In this document: one piece after another, positions 17,016-32,215 of the stretch
How the letters are laid out: every line of letters begins with the position of its first letter
How positions within the stretch are numbered: the first letter of the stretch is position 1
NCBI GenBank assembly: GCA_951406725.2
Contig: OX597839.1
Location: 38,316,001 to 38,380,000, forward strand
Length of the DNA: 64,000 nt
Direction: 5' to 3'
From: Octopus vulgaris
Taxonomy: Eukaryota
Notes under the pieces: model-generated
Seen by the model: only the letters and a program-made list of their open reading frames with translations
Databases searched by the model: none
What the model was told of the DNA's origin: nothing
Translations under genes and position numbers: made by a program

Positions 17016-17349
17016 AGTTTCTTGAAAATAGATATTTTGTCATACGATTCTGGTTTCACGCCATTGCGATCAACAGGCGAGAGAATGGGTACATATACAA
17101 ACATATATACATGCATGCGTACACATCAGGCATACTCACACACATATATTTAAATAAATATATTGATGTATACAAGCGTACTTACGTAAATACATTCGCA
17201 CACACACACTACATACCTACATACATTCATGCATACATACATACATACATACATGTATATATGTATAAATATGAGGAAGTTAAAAGCCTTGTTTCAATAG
17301 ACTCTGGACAGAGAGACAGAGACTGTGAGAAAGAGAGGTTGTCATATGG

Positions 17350-17610
17350 TTATTGATTTCATTATATTGGACCTTATAAAATCACAGTATCGATCATACC
17401 ATCAGATGACATTGAACACCGCTGGTCACACTGCGCTTCCAATTCTGTTTTGACTGCACCATTCTTTTCCACTTTGACCCAAAATCGTTTGACAAAATTG
17501 TCTTCCCATCATCGTCGTGGCCTTCCAAGTGGCCTTCTCTGCTCCGTTGGACACTACTTGGAAACTACTCGGGTCCACCTGTTATCTGTGGGTCTTGCTT
17601 GACAAAGTAT
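17350..17610 (-). pseudogene. 3' end of an RTE-clade LINE ORF, degenerate
   Basis: Minus-strand translation ARPTDNRWTRVVSK*CPTEQRRPLGRPRR*WEDNF matches the RTE C-terminal pattern D.RWT..V..W.P....R..GRP..RW.D, with stops. Confidence 0.7.
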
Positions 17611-18798
17611 GTCGAGTCAATATTGAGATTCGAACTTGGAATCTCACAGTTGTAACTAATTACCAAGTAACATATTTAATGAATGATGGAATGTACGGTG
17701 AGAAGCGGAGGTGATTGGTGGTGGTCATGGTTGTAGTGGTGATCTGATATTGCTTGTGGTAATGATAGTAATGCTGATGGTGGTGGGGTAGCGTTACTAG
17801 CGATATTAGGGTACTTGTAGTTGTAGTGGTGATGATGATGATGATGATGATGATGAGGGGGAGGATGATGATGATGATGAGGATGATGATGATGATGATG
17901 ATGGTGTTGTTGGTACTAGTAGCACTGGTGGTAAGGGGGTGGCAGTTATCGTTGTAGTAGTGATGGCAGTACTGCTGCTGTTGCTAGAGGTGGTGATGGT
18001 GTTGGTGGTGGTTATAGCGGTGGTGGCGTTTTTGTTGTTGTTGTTGTTGTTGATGATGTTGGTGGTGGTGGTGGTGGTGGTGCTACTGCTGCTGGTGATG
18101 ATGGTGGTGGTGGTAGTGGTGGTGGTGGTGGCGTTATTGGTGGTGGTGGTGGTGGTAGTGGTGGTGGTGGTGGCGTTATTGGTGAATGCGGTGGTCATGG
18201 TGGATGTCCTAGAGGCAGTTGTAGTCGTTGTTGTTGTTGTTGTGGTGGTGGTGGTGGTGGCGGTGCGGACACTTGTTGGTTTCCATGGTGTTGTTGTTGC
18301 TGTTGGTAGTGGTTATAGTGTTGGTGATGATGATGATGATGATGATGAGGGTAGTTAGAGTTGCAGTGGTGATGGTAGTGGTGGTGGTGTTGCGGGTGCG
18401 GGTGGTGGTAATGACGTGGGTGGTTGAGGTAGTGGTGGCGTTGCTAACAACAACAACACCGCAGTCACCAAAGAGACAGTGAACCACATAATCATACGGA
18501 ATATTACAGTAATTGCTGTAATTATTGTATTGGAACTCACACTATCACCACCACCACCACCACCACCACCACCACCACCGCCGCCGCCGTCACCGCCGCC
18601 GCTACCAGCACCACCATCACCGCCACCACCATCACCGCCACCACAATCATCTCCATTCGCCCACATCTGTAAATATCTATACATATATCAGAATATATTT
18701 TTTTAATAACGTTATATGTGTATATATATATCATTTATATATATACAAACATATATACATATTCATATACACGCATGCGTACATACATTTACATATAT

Positions 18799-18853
<55 letters not shown>

Positions 18854-19124
18854 TATTATATATGTATATACACATTTGCACTCACACACACATAAAAACA
18901 TACATATGCATGTATACATGCACATATAAAGATATATATGTATATATGTGTGTTTGTGTGTATGTGTGTGGGGAGGTGTACGTACACACACACACACACA
19001 CACACACTCATACACAAATGTAGACACACACACATACACACACACACACATCACATGTATATACATATGCATGTATATAGTATCACTGCAATTACTGAAC
19101 AAGAACGGCAGGGCGGAAGAACGA

Positions 19125-19154
19125 AGGAAAGAAAGAAAGAAAAGGAAGGAATGA

Positions 19155-19225
<71 letters not shown>

Positions 19226-19470
19226 GAAAGAAAGAATGAAAGAAAGAAAGAAAGAAATAAAGAAAGAAAGAAAGAAAGAATGAAAGAAAGAATGAAAGAA
19301 AGAAAGAAAGAAAGAAAAGAAAGAAAGAAAAGAAAGAAAGAAAGAATGAAAGAAAGAAAGAAAGAAAGAAAGAAAGGAAGAAAGAAAGAAAGAAAGAAAG
19401 AAAGGAAGGAAGAAAGGAAGAAAGGAAGGAAGAAAGGAAGTAAAAAGAAAGAAAGTAAAAAGAAAGAAAG
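19125..19470. repeat. (GAAA)n/(GGAA)n polypurine microsatellite
   Basis: Direct observation. Confidence 0.95.
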
Positions 19471-20167
19471 AGGCTAAGAACTAAAACGAAAGTAAAATTT
19501 CAAGCTGAAAAAGACCACAGCTGAGCATCCGTCCACTCCCAGCCACAGAGCCACTCAAGGCGACCCCACTCCACCCTAGAGCCAGACTCCAGCCCCCATC
19601 CTCAAACACTCACAACACCAACCAACCAACCAGCCAGCCAGCCGCACCCCACCCCTCAAATAGAATGATGAAATCATTTCAACGTGATGTAATTACAGTG
19701 TTAAGTTAGTTTGTCTAATTTCTAGCCTCGGGGTCCTGGTTTCGAATCTAAATAACATATTTGTAATAATAACCCGATATCATACATATAATTGCTATGC
19801 ACTATTTTAGACAGTGGCCTAGTGGTTGGTAGTGGTTGGTAGTGGTAGTGATGGGGGGTGAGGGTATTGTTCATGATTGCTAGGTTACGGTTTCAATTCC
19901 AGGGCCGAGCAGCGCGTTGAGCTCTTGAGCAAAACACTTCACTCCACATTGCTTCTCGAGTCCGCTCGGCTGTAAACGGATGACCCCACGATTGACTTAT
20001 GTCCAGCTCAGGTGGGTGCTGGGAATGATCTCGGTTACTTATGTTACGCTAGGGAAACCGGGTACCTGGCCCTTCGAGTCTTAGGGCTTCTAACACACGC
20101 CGCTAGTCTAACTCGGTACGTAATCGATTTTGTATTTCACACGAAATTTTTTTTATAATTAAACAGT

Positions 20168-20576
20168 GCCTGTGTGGTAAGTAGCTTGCTTACCAACCAC
20201 ATGGTTCCGGGTTCAATCCCACTGCGTGGCACCTTGGGCAAGTGTCTTCTACTATAGGCTCGGGCCAACCAAAGCCTTGTGAGTGGATTTGGTAGACGGA
20301 AACTGAAAGAAGCCCATCGTATATATGTATATATGTGTGTGTGTGTGTATGTGTTTGTTTGTGTGTCTGTGTTTGTTCCCCTTCCCCCAACATCGCTTCA
20401 CAACCGATGCTGGTGTGTTTAAGTACCCGTAACTTAGCGGTTCAGCAAAAGAGACCAATAGAATAAGTACTAGACTTACAAAGAATAAGTCCCGGGGTCG
20501 ATTTGCTCGACTAAAGGCGGTGCTCCAGCATGGCCGTAGTCAAATGACTGAAACAAGTAAAAGAGTAAAAGAGTAA
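20168..20576 (+). mobile_element. SINE type A (a second 5'-half copy lies at ~20842-20990)
   Basis: TGTGTGGTAAGTAGCTTGCTTACCAACCACATGGTTCCGGGTTCAATCCC...GAAACAAGTAAAAGAGTAAAAGAG. Confidence 0.9.
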
Positions 20577-21450
20577 ACAGAAGAACAATAAAGACAAAAG
20601 CATGTTACGTTTGAAATAAAAAGCGGAACCGGAAATACCTTTACGACACACAGACACAGCAAGACTTTCGATTTCTTTTGGTATAGACAGTCTAACAAGT
20701 TTTTTAGCGAAGGAACAACCAGTGGAGTTTTCAATGGCGCATTGGATTGTCTGGTTAATTGCTCTGTAAAACAAGAGACAGATATGTCGTTAATTATAAT
20801 CATTAAATGGTTTAAAATAAGGACGCATATAATATATATATAGGCGCAGTTATGGCTGCGTGGGAAAGAAGCATATGTCTCAACCATGTGGTCTTTGGGT
20901 TCACTTCCACTGTGTGACAACTTGGGTAGGCCTGACCAAAGCCTTGTGAATGGATTTGGTCGACAGAGACGGAAAGAAGCCTGTCGTATGTATAGCAAAA
21001 TGTCTTCTAAGAGAAGCTCAGATGTTTTCGTCACTGATGTGTTCAAATCAGGTCGAAACGCCGGTGTCCAATGATCTACTGACGTCATTTTGAGTTTAGT
21101 GTTTTTAACATAAGCCGCTTAAGGTAAATTTAACTATTTCCTCAGTAGGCTAAAAACAATGATGAAGAACTTCAATCGATTTTCGAAATTTAATGGGGTC
21201 CCATCAGAACTGAGTACATAATTTGACCAATCCCCGAGTTACAAAAAACTAGAGGATCTAATTTGCATACCATAAGTGTTTTACTAATTTGAATATCACA
21301 AGTATTTTTGATATCAGCGGCCTGTCAACGGGCGTCACGGTCTACACGGTATCCGGATACGATGTAATACATGTCGACATACTTAGCAGATATACAAACA
21401 TGGCAGCAGCAGCAGCAACAGTAGTAGTGGTAGTAGTGGTGGTGGTAGTG

Positions 21451-21491
<41 letters not shown>

Positions 21492-21720
21492 TATGCTTTA
21501 CAAGAGCCAAGCCAAATTCGACAAAGACAGGATGTTCACGGCGGGAACGTCACACAAACCACGAGAAGTATCTCTAAATATCGGTTGTGTGTAGAAATGA
21601 GCATCTGTCTATAACGGCAAGATGTCTTCTTCATGTCATGCAAAATGTAAGAAATATAAAAAGGCGGTTCTGCGAGTGTGTATTAACCACAAGTATGTAT
21701 ATACCACACTATAGCAGATT

Positions 21721-21762
<42 letters not shown>

Positions 21763-21780
21763 ATATACATTCGCCTTGAT

Positions 21781-21960
21781 AGATCGCTAGCCACTACACA
21801 TTCTTTATTTTCTCTCATTGTTTCTTTCTGTGTTCCTTTCTGTGGAAGAGCGTAGGCTCGAAATGTTAAAGACTTTTCACTTTCCAAGCATTATACTAAT
21901 ACATCTGTTTGTTGTCTACACAACCTGTCTTCGTCTTTTGTTTCATTTTGTGAATTCTCT
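21781..21960 (+). mobile_element. Short non-coding element with an A6U hammerhead-like motif (copy 1; motif ~21835-21872)
   Basis: CTTT-CTGTGGA-A-GAGC-GTAG-GCTC-GAAATGTT-AAAG. Homologous to 43455, 54328 and 57372; ends at a (TA)n tract. Confidence 0.7.
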
Positions 21961-22139
21961 CCCCATATATATATATATATATATATATAATTATATTCAT
22001 GTATGTATAAACATCACATTGTATACACATGTGGGTGTGTTTGTGTATGTGTATGTGTGTTCCTTTTGGTTTCGTTTTCGTAATACAATTCTACTTCAAC
22101 TACTACCATCATACCAGTATTACCATTGCTACTACTACA

Positions 22140-22175
<36 letters not shown>

Positions 22176-22365
22176 GTATGTATGTATGTATGTATGTATG
22201 TATTTATATATATATATGTGCGTGTGTGTAAAGTATATATACATATATGTATATGTAAACATATGTACACATATTTAGATATATCTGTGTATATATATAT
22301 ATATGTATGTATGTATGTATGTATATATATATATGTATATATAAATATGTGTGTGTATGTATATG

Positions 22366-22405
<40 letters not shown>

Positions 22406-22623
22406 TATATATATATATATATGCATAAATATGTGTGTGTAAGTGCAATAACTGGACAAAGCAACGCGTCCCCCTCTTTCCTTTTCTCTCTCTCTTTCTC
22501 TCTCTCTTTCTCTCCCTCTGTCACTCCCTCCCTATCTCTATCTCTCTCCGTCAGAAGGCAGTGCTCAGCACTCTCCTCCCACCCACCCCCACACCTTTAT
22601 CCCGGCATTAAACACAAGCGAAC

Positions 22624-22704
22624 CAAATGAATCCACACCTGCTGATACGCACAACCAAACATTTGAGCAGCAGCATCACCTGATCAGTGAGAGAGCACCA
22701 GGTG
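22624..22704. promoter_or_regulatory. Candidate enhancer: five E-boxes in 81 bp
   Basis: CAAATG 22624, CACCTG 22636, CATTTG 22660, CACCTG 22677 and CAGGTG 22699, in a unique island between microsatellites. Confidence 0.4.
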
Positions 22705-22764
22705 AATGCGTGTGGGTGTGTGGGTGTATTTGTGCATGCATGCACGTATGTTTGAGCATGTGCT

Positions 22765-22807
<43 letters not shown>

Positions 22808-23012
22808 ATATATGTATGTATGTATGCATCTTTGTATGTATGTATGTTTGTATGTATGTATGTATGTGTATATGTATGTATGTAGTTATGTATGTATGTA
22901 TGTATGTATGTGTATATGTATGTATGTATGTATGTGTGTATGTATGTATGTATTTATGTATGTGTGTATGTATGTGTATATGTATGTATGTATGTATGTA
23001 TGTATGGATGTG

Positions 23013-23044
<32 letters not shown>

Positions 23045-23105
23045 TGTATGTATGTATGTATGTGTGTGTGTATGTATGTATGTATGTATGATGTAGATGT
23101 ATGTG

Positions 23106-23137
<32 letters not shown>

Positions 23138-23197
23138 TGTATCTTTGTATGATGTATGTATGTATGTATGTATAGATAGATAGATAGATAGATAGAG

Positions 23198-23242
<45 letters not shown>

Positions 23243-23310
23243 TTATGCTGCTATATGTATGCACAACTATATATGTACATGTGTGTGTATGTATATACAT
23301 TGCATGTATG

Positions 23311-23348
<38 letters not shown>

Positions 23349-23781
23349 AACATATACATATATATATATCTTTTTATCTTTTACTTGTTTCAGTCATTAG
23401 ACTGTGGCCATGCTGGGGCAATATAAATATATATATATGAACACACACGTGCATATATATACACACACAAGCACACACACACACGCAAACACGCACACAC
23501 ACAAATATAAATATTTATACATAGATATGTATTATATACATACAATATTTGTGACATGAATGTGTGTATATGTGTGCACACTTTTCTTTATAGATAAACT
23601 TAGTCAATGACCGTAATTTTTTAAAGATTTAACAACATTGACGTGAGTGTGTGTGTGTCTGTGTGTGTATGTTTGTTTTGTATGTCTGTCTATATATATA
23701 TATATATATATTTGTATTTGTGTACGTTTATAAATGGGTGTGTACTTATATATAAGTATACACATATGAATGTGTTTGTGA

Positions 23782-23825
<44 letters not shown>

Positions 23826-23836
23826 TCATAAGTATG

Positions 23837-23867
<31 letters not shown>

Positions 23868-23978
23868 GTATGTATGTATGTATATATGTATTTACATACA
23901 TACGCCTCACTCTACATATATATTCATACATATTACACATATAAAAAAATATATATTTAAACTTATATGTGTATGTGA

Positions 23979-24032
<54 letters not shown>

Positions 24033-24349
24033 GTATGTATGTATGTATGTATGTATGTATGTATGTATGTATGTATGTATGTATGTATGTGTGTGTATGT
24101 GTGTATGTATAAGTATTTATACGTAGGTGAGTAGGTGTAAATAAGTGAAAGAACTTCTCAACTCCATATAAATTAAATTTTATTCAGTACATCTTTCTCT
24201 ACAATTTATATGTATGTATTATATGCATGAGTAAGTATGTTTGTATGCATATATATGTGTGTGTGTGTGTGTGTTTGTGTGTGTATAAAGATATATATAT
24301 CTATATTTATCTATCTATATCTATATATATATATATGTGTGTGTGTGTA

Positions 24350-24393
<44 letters not shown>

Positions 24394-24725
24394 TATAAAC
24401 ATTGACAAAAGCATACACACATACAAACACATGTCTGTGTGTTCCTATATGCGTGTATGCTTGTCAGGTGGCCGCTGTATATGTCTGTGTGTATACGTGA
24501 GTGTTTGTGTGAGAGAGAGTGAGAGAGTATGTGTATGTTTGTGCGTGTGTGTGTGTGTACGTGTGAGTGTGCACCTATATACCTGAATATGCTGAATATG
24601 CTGTAATTAAAGGGGAATGCGCAGAAACGCTGCAATTCGGTATATACACACTGTCTCACAAATATACATACGATATATATTTGCATACGTAGACACATAC
24701 CGCTCACACACACACTCATACCTGC

Positions 24726-24771
<46 letters not shown>

Positions 24772-24888
24772 GTGTGTGTATGTGTATATATATATATATG
24801 TGTGTGTATATATATATATATGTATATATATGTATATATATATGTATATATATGTATATATATATATATATATATACATATGTGTGTG

Positions 24889-24937
<49 letters not shown>

Positions 24938-25309
24938 GCGCATAGATATTTCAATAGATATTTAATGTATATATTTATACATGTGTATAAGCAACTATGT
25001 ATAATATATATATACACATTTATATACTGTCATATACGCACGTATATACACATGCGCACATGTCAATTTGTCCTTATACATTCATATATACTGTATAAGT
25101 ATATATACATATAAATACTTATGTATGCATTTATACATACACATTTGTTGTACGGGACGATCATTCAATTTTTTGGTTTGTCAAAGATTTTCGTCACACT
25201 TCTGTGACCTTTCCATTAACTTTCTTGGTTTGCAGACTCCGCACAAAGTTCGTGATCGTACAGACACACAACGCCCACTCATGTATATGTAAATAGATAA
25301 ATAGACGGA

Positions 25310-25870
<561 letters not shown>

Positions 25871-26210
25871 GAGAAAGATCGATAGATAGCTTAGGTAGAT
25901 AGATGGTTTATGTATATACTATGCCTGTGTGTGCTTATGATAGTATTTGTGTTTGTAGTAAATGATTTTCTTTAGTCTGGTCGTACTCTTACGCGTTCTT
26001 ATAGACACACATACATACATATAGATACACACACACACATATATATATATACATATACACACATATGTATACAAATACATACACACACACACGCACACAC
26101 ACACACACACACGCACACACACACATAGACATAATGTTTACGTCTGTCAGCGTGAGACGTTTTGTTGTCATTGTTCTGCTTCATCTTTTCTGTTTCGTTA
26201 TACATACACT

Positions 26211-26259
<49 letters not shown>

Positions 26260-26618
26260 GCGCATAAACACAATCTCACATACACACACACAAACGCACG
26301 CATAAGCACAAACACACTCATACACACATATATATGTTACTACAGTATTGATATTATTTTCCTCGTCAGTTCATTCCCATCGCCACTCGGTCTGCTCCTA
26401 CGACCGATCAATTGTCGTTAGTGACGTTGCTGTTGTTGTTATTTGTTTTGTTGCTTATTTACATATTTATTTATTTCTGTATTCAGTTATTCATTCGTTT
26501 TTGTGTGTTGTTGTTCAGTGAAATGGTTCGTGTTTTGCGATATACATTCCTGTCATCTGATTTTCTCATCAATGAAGTCCTTACGCCGTGTCTCTTCTTT
26601 TTGTTCTATGCACATACA

Positions 26619-26675
<57 letters not shown>

Positions 26676-26761
26676 GATAGATAGATACATACATACATAC
26701 ATACATACATTCATACATATATATATATGCGAGTGCGTCTGTGTGTGTGTGTGTGTGCGCG

Positions 26762-26795
<34 letters not shown>

Positions 26796-26959
26796 CATGT
26801 ATGTATGTATATAAATGGCACAAAAACGCAATAGAGGACAATAAAACTTTCGAACAGACAGACGATATAAACGGGGACAAGAAAAATAACAATTAGAAAG
26901 ACTGGCAAAAAAAAGACGGGTCAAACGTGGCCTTCTTTCCTCGGTCAAGTACCAGAAGT

Positions 26960-27742
26960 CACGACCGTTTCATCCGGACTTTTGCCATAGTATCAAAGTT
27001 AAAGCACGCAGAGTGAAGCCGCTGGGCCAAAATTGACGTTTTAACGTTCTCCCTCACTTCTGCTGTTTACAACAGTGCTTGGAAGGAACGTGTGTAGCAT
27101 ATGACAGTCACACTGACCTTGAATCTACATCAAAGATTTTGCCAAAAGCTTTGCGATCCCTGCTTACAGGCCTACACAAAGTTGCAGAAAGTGTATGGAG
27201 AGGAGTATATAAACCGAAAAAATGTCGATATTGACAAACATTCTGGGAGACTTGCAGCTAGCAGAACCGAGAAAAACATCGCAGATGTGAGAAGGAATCG
27301 TCGAATCGCCATCCATGAATTATCAGAGGATGTGCAGATTAGTTACAGTTCACTTCAGTCCATTATCACTGAAGATTTGGGTATGAGATGCGGGTCTGCC
27401 AAATTTGTGCCAAAACTGCTTTCAGCTGACCAAGAAGACACTCGGGTTCAGTTGCACAAGGTTTCCTTGATTGTTTTGAGAACGGTGAAAACTTTTTGAA
27501 AGCTTTGCGTCGGCTTCTGAGCAGGTATCGCCAAGCTTTTGGCAAAATTTGATGCAGATTCTCTGCTCAACGTTGTGCCATGGTCAATGCAATAATCACA
27601 TGCTACACACCTTCCTTCCAAGCACTGCTGTAAACAGCAGAAATGAGCTAGAACGTTAAAACTTAGTGCTCATGCACAACAGAGATCGAGGTCAATCTGT
27701 TGCAAGCAGTTTCACTCTACATGCTTTAGCTTTGTTTCTATG
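26960..27742 (+). mobile_element. Mariner-derived fold-back element with ~200-250 bp diverged inverted arms and an N-terminal transposase fragment
   Basis: ORF 27101-27499 has mariner HTH-region motifs (LQKVYGEE, SGR, ITEDLGMR..SAKFVPKLLS). 26986-27192 is the approximate reverse complement of 27491-27742. Confidence 0.85.
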
Positions 27743-27821
27743 TTTCAGAGTATATCTCTCTAATATTTGTATTCCAAGCCAAATTTGCTCTTTCGAAGAT
27801 GCTTCTTAATGAACATAATAT

Positions 27822-27838
27822 TACCACTAGATGGTGCT
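27822..27838 (+). promoter_or_regulatory. CTCF-like motif
   Basis: CCACTAGATGGTGCT differs from the CTCF core consensus CCASYAGRKGGCRS by one C>T change. Confidence 0.4.
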
Positions 27839-28841
27839 GCTAAGCCAGGTGTTTAGCGGTTGGTTGTCTATCCTAGATTTTGTCCTTCCATTGCACTGCC
27901 CAATTTAGTGTAAAGCAGAAATATTTCCAGGGTCCCAAACGCAACTCACAGCCTAGGGCTTGAACCTAAATTATTGTATTCAGAAATAAAAAATATATAA
28001 ACACGGCCAGATTTTGTCAGAGATTGATAACGTCAACAAGTAACTTGCCTTTCATATCCTTGATAGAAACAGCGAGATCAATTCAAATATGTTTAGGACA
28101 TATGTGATCAGTAAAAAAAAAGCCGTTATCACTGAACTTTGCCATGGAGAAAAACTCTTGCTTCAGGCGAATGGCGTTAAAAACACTAAAGTCAGTTCAG
28201 AGTTGCACCTATTGAATGGTAGCTACATTTTGAGCTTCCTATGCTCTCTTCAGTTCCAGATACCAAGGGGAGCAACTCTAAACTGACTGGAAATCCTAGT
28301 TTCATTATAGAAGTTCAATAAACAGAACATAGTGAACGTGCGCTTCGGATGCCAGGCCGGACAAAATGTAGGCGACACACAAAGCTGTGATGTAAAATAA
28401 GCAAACTTTAAATCAGATCAAATATGTTTTGGACTTATTTGACCAGTGAAAAGGCAATTTCATGGCCTCTCCCAACCTATAGAGGCGCTCTGGGCTGATA
28501 TTGGTGTTTAACACATTTTGTCTTGATCGAGAAATTTTCTTCATTGCATTCCGCATTGAAATTGCCTTTCGAAAGGTCAATTACGCCCCAAACATATTTG
28601 AACTTATCTAAAATTTGTTCAATTCACAACAATGCCACGCGCCCCAACCGTGTATTAAGAAATTGTTTCTATGATATTAGTAACTTGGCTGACTGGCGAA
28701 AACACAGAAGACCTGGTGGATGCTTAATTCATTAGAAACGCTGTTGTTGTAAACAGCTTAAACAATTTGAGAAGAAGAAACACATGGGAATGTCATTAAT
28801 GATTTTGTCTTTGGCATCATTTCTTCGACTGCCTGAAGGCA

Positions 28842-28892
<51 letters not shown>

Positions 28893-28953
28893 AGCTGTAT
28901 ATATGTATGTATTTATATGTATATATATGTGTGTGTTTATGTGTATATGTATG

Positions 28954-28985
<32 letters not shown>

Positions 28986-29003
28986 TGTATGTATATATAT
29001 ATA

Positions 29004-29034
<31 letters not shown>

Positions 29035-29681
29035 AAGAAGAAGAAGAAGAAGAAGAAGAAGAAGAAGAAGAAGAAGAAGAAGAAGAATATAATTAATATA
29101 TATGCATATACATACGTATATGCACATACTTACATATATATGTATATACATATATGCATATGTAGCCACAGGACGTCACAGAACGTAAACAACAAAAATA
29201 CGGAAATACAGAATACGAAATACGAATACATGGAATACACACACATACACACACACACATATACACATACATGCATATATATATATATATAATATAATAT
29301 ATATATATATATATGTAGGTAGTGGGTAGCGATTTTCTTCACTACTTCAGGGAGTGATGACCCTGCCTGACACGAGTCCCGGGCTCAGCTGGCTCTGGCT
29401 GACAGTACCAAGTATGGGCCCCTATGCAGGGTAACGGAAAGGAGACAACCTTCAAAGAAATCCGGAATGGAGTCCTGTAGGCGGTTTAGTGTTCGATTCG
29501 ACTCTCTTCCGACAGCTCCTGCATCCAAGCTGGGGCCAAACGTAATGCTCTGCACTCCTTTGGACTACATCAGCAAGGTCGAGAGAGGAATCCTGACGAT
29601 TGGGCTACCCAGGATTTTTTGGCATCTAGCCCAGGCCTGCGCAAAACTGGAGAGGAAACTGGAGAGGACACGAATGTAGAC

Positions 29682-29845
<164 letters not shown>

Positions 29846-30081
29846 TATCTGGTCAGTAGTCATGATATAGCTAAAGTCAGCTAACCGTAGGAACTTACAC
29901 CACTCAGCATCAGCCAAGGAATTCGACCTCTTCATCAGCCCAGAGTATCGATACTAATATCTCTCGCAGACAAACTCGAACTCATTCACCCGAACTAAAC
30001 GTCTCTTTCGCTGACGTCGTAGGTTTTCGTTACAGGAATACTGCGGCTGATTTTCTCTGCTAGATTCTGCTCTTCGATTCC

Positions 30082-30399
30082 TCTCCCGGTTTTCTCTGTC
30101 CGTTCCTGCCTTTAATTCTAAGGGTTTCGGGTTTTATCGTAGGCGTGTGATTAGCGTCAGGACTTGGCTGTCAAGGAGCTTTTTAGTCTTGGAGATGTTG
30201 ATATTCCGGATGAACTTTGGTGGCTGTGCCTTCAAAAACGTCTACAATGCATGTCATCTCTAGAATATTATGTGCGCGTAAGTATTATGTATATCTGTAC
30301 GTATATAAATGTATACACACGCATATGCACAAACATATATATATATATATGTATATATATAAATACATACATACATACATACATACATACATACATACA

Positions 30400-30434
<35 letters not shown>

Positions 30435-30814
30435 GCATACATACGTTTATATACATATATAGGTACACATAAACACATGCAAATACATACATACATACAT
30501 AAAAGCATTATTGCAGAAAGACAGGAACACACAACACAAATGAGTGGAGAAAAGAGGAGAGAGGAGGAAGAGGTGGAGGAAGATCGGAAGGAAGGGTTGG
30601 GGTTTGGTAGGGGAGGATGGTGTTGTGTAGGGGGGCGGAGGTGGGGGATATGGAGAAGGGGGTTAGGGCGGAAGAGGTGGAGGATGAGAAGGAGAAGGAG
30701 GAGGAGGTGATGGAGGTGATGGAGGTGATGGAGCAGCAGGAGGAAGAGAAGGAGGAAGAGAAGGAGAAGGAGGAGGAGGTGATGGAGGTGATGGAGCTGC
30801 AGGAGGAAGAGAAG

Positions 30815-30846
<32 letters not shown>

Positions 30847-31425
30847 GGAAGAAGAAGAGGAGGAGGAGGAGGAGGAAACGAGTTGGCACAAGAGGAAGAG
30901 AACGACGAAGAGGAAGACTGGAGGTCGATGCAGAAACAAGGAGGGGCGGAGGATAGGGGTGAGAGAACGAGTAGTCGGAGGTGGAGATGATGTGGAGGCG
31001 GAATATGAAGAGGAGGGGGAGGAGAAAGATGACAACTAACAGATGATTGCGTAAATGTCATCGATGACAGTTCGATCTACGGAAAATGCTCAGAAAATTT
31101 ACGATTCTCCCGGTTTTTTCTCTGTCCGTTCCTGCCTTTAATTCTAAGCAGTTTCGGGTTTTATCGTGGGCGTGTGATTAGCGTCAGGACATGGCTGTCA
31201 AGGAGCTTTTTAGTCTTGGAGATGTTGATATTCCGGATGAACTTTGGTGGCTGTGCCTTCAAAAACGTCTACACGCATGTCATCTCTAGAATATTATGTG
31301 CGCGTAAGTATTATGTATATCTGTACGTATATAAATGTATACACACGCATATGCACAAACATATATATATATATATGTATATATATAAATACATACATAC
31401 ATACATACATACATACATACATACA

Positions 31426-31456
<31 letters not shown>

Positions 31457-32063
31457 GCATACATACGTTTATATACATATATAGGTACACATAAACACAT
31501 GCAAATACATACATACATACATAAAAGCATTATTGCAGAAAGACAGGAACACACAACACAAATGAGTGGAGAAAAGAGGAGACAGGAGGAGGAGGTGGAG
31601 GAAGATGGAAAGGAAGGGTTGGGGTTTGGTAGGGGAGGATGGTGTTGTATAGGGGGGCGGAGGTGGGGGATATGGAGAAGGGGGTTAGGGCGGAAGAGGT
31701 GGAGGATGAGAAGGAGAAGGAGGAGGAGGTGATGGAGGTGATGGGGCAGCAGGAGGAAGAGAAGGAGGAAGAGGAGGAGGAAGAAGAGGAGGAAGAGGAG
31801 GAGGAGGAGGAGGAGGAGGAGGAGGAGGAGGAGGAAGCGAGTTGGCACAAGAGGAAGAGAACGACGAAGAAGAAGACTGGAGGTCGATGCAGAAACAAGG
31901 AGGGGCGGAGGATGGGAGTGAGAGAAAGAGTAGTCGGAGGTGGAGATGATGTGGAGGCGGAATATGAAGAGGAGGGGAGGAGAAAGATGACAACTAACAG
32001 ATGATTGCGTAAATGTCATCGATGACAGTTCGATCTACAGAAAATGCTCAGAAAATTTACGAT
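30082..32063. repeat. Tandem duplication of a ~1 kb unit (30082-31105 and 31106-32063)
   Basis: Both copies begin TCTCCCGGTTTT and end GAAAATGCTCAGAAAATTTACGAT. The unique, (TACA)n and GA-rich parts are collinear, with scattered substitutions and indels. Confidence 0.95.
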
Positions 32064-32184
32064 AATGGGTTTATTATAGCTTTCAACACGCACGCACCTT
32101 CGCATACAATTTCACATATAACGCAACACATTCGACGCATGTATATATATATATATACATACACACAAAAATACACGCATACAC

Positions 32185-32215
<31 letters not shown>

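Noticed and set aside
18503-18522. Near-perfect TAAT-rich palindrome between (GGT)n and (CCA)n tracts
   Set aside because: It is short and AT-rich, and the flanking complementarity is only that of common triplet repeats.
30617-32004. Glu-rich ORFs in both copies of the tandem duplication
   Set aside because: They are GA-rich low-complexity sequence, and the two copies differ by a frameshift near the end.
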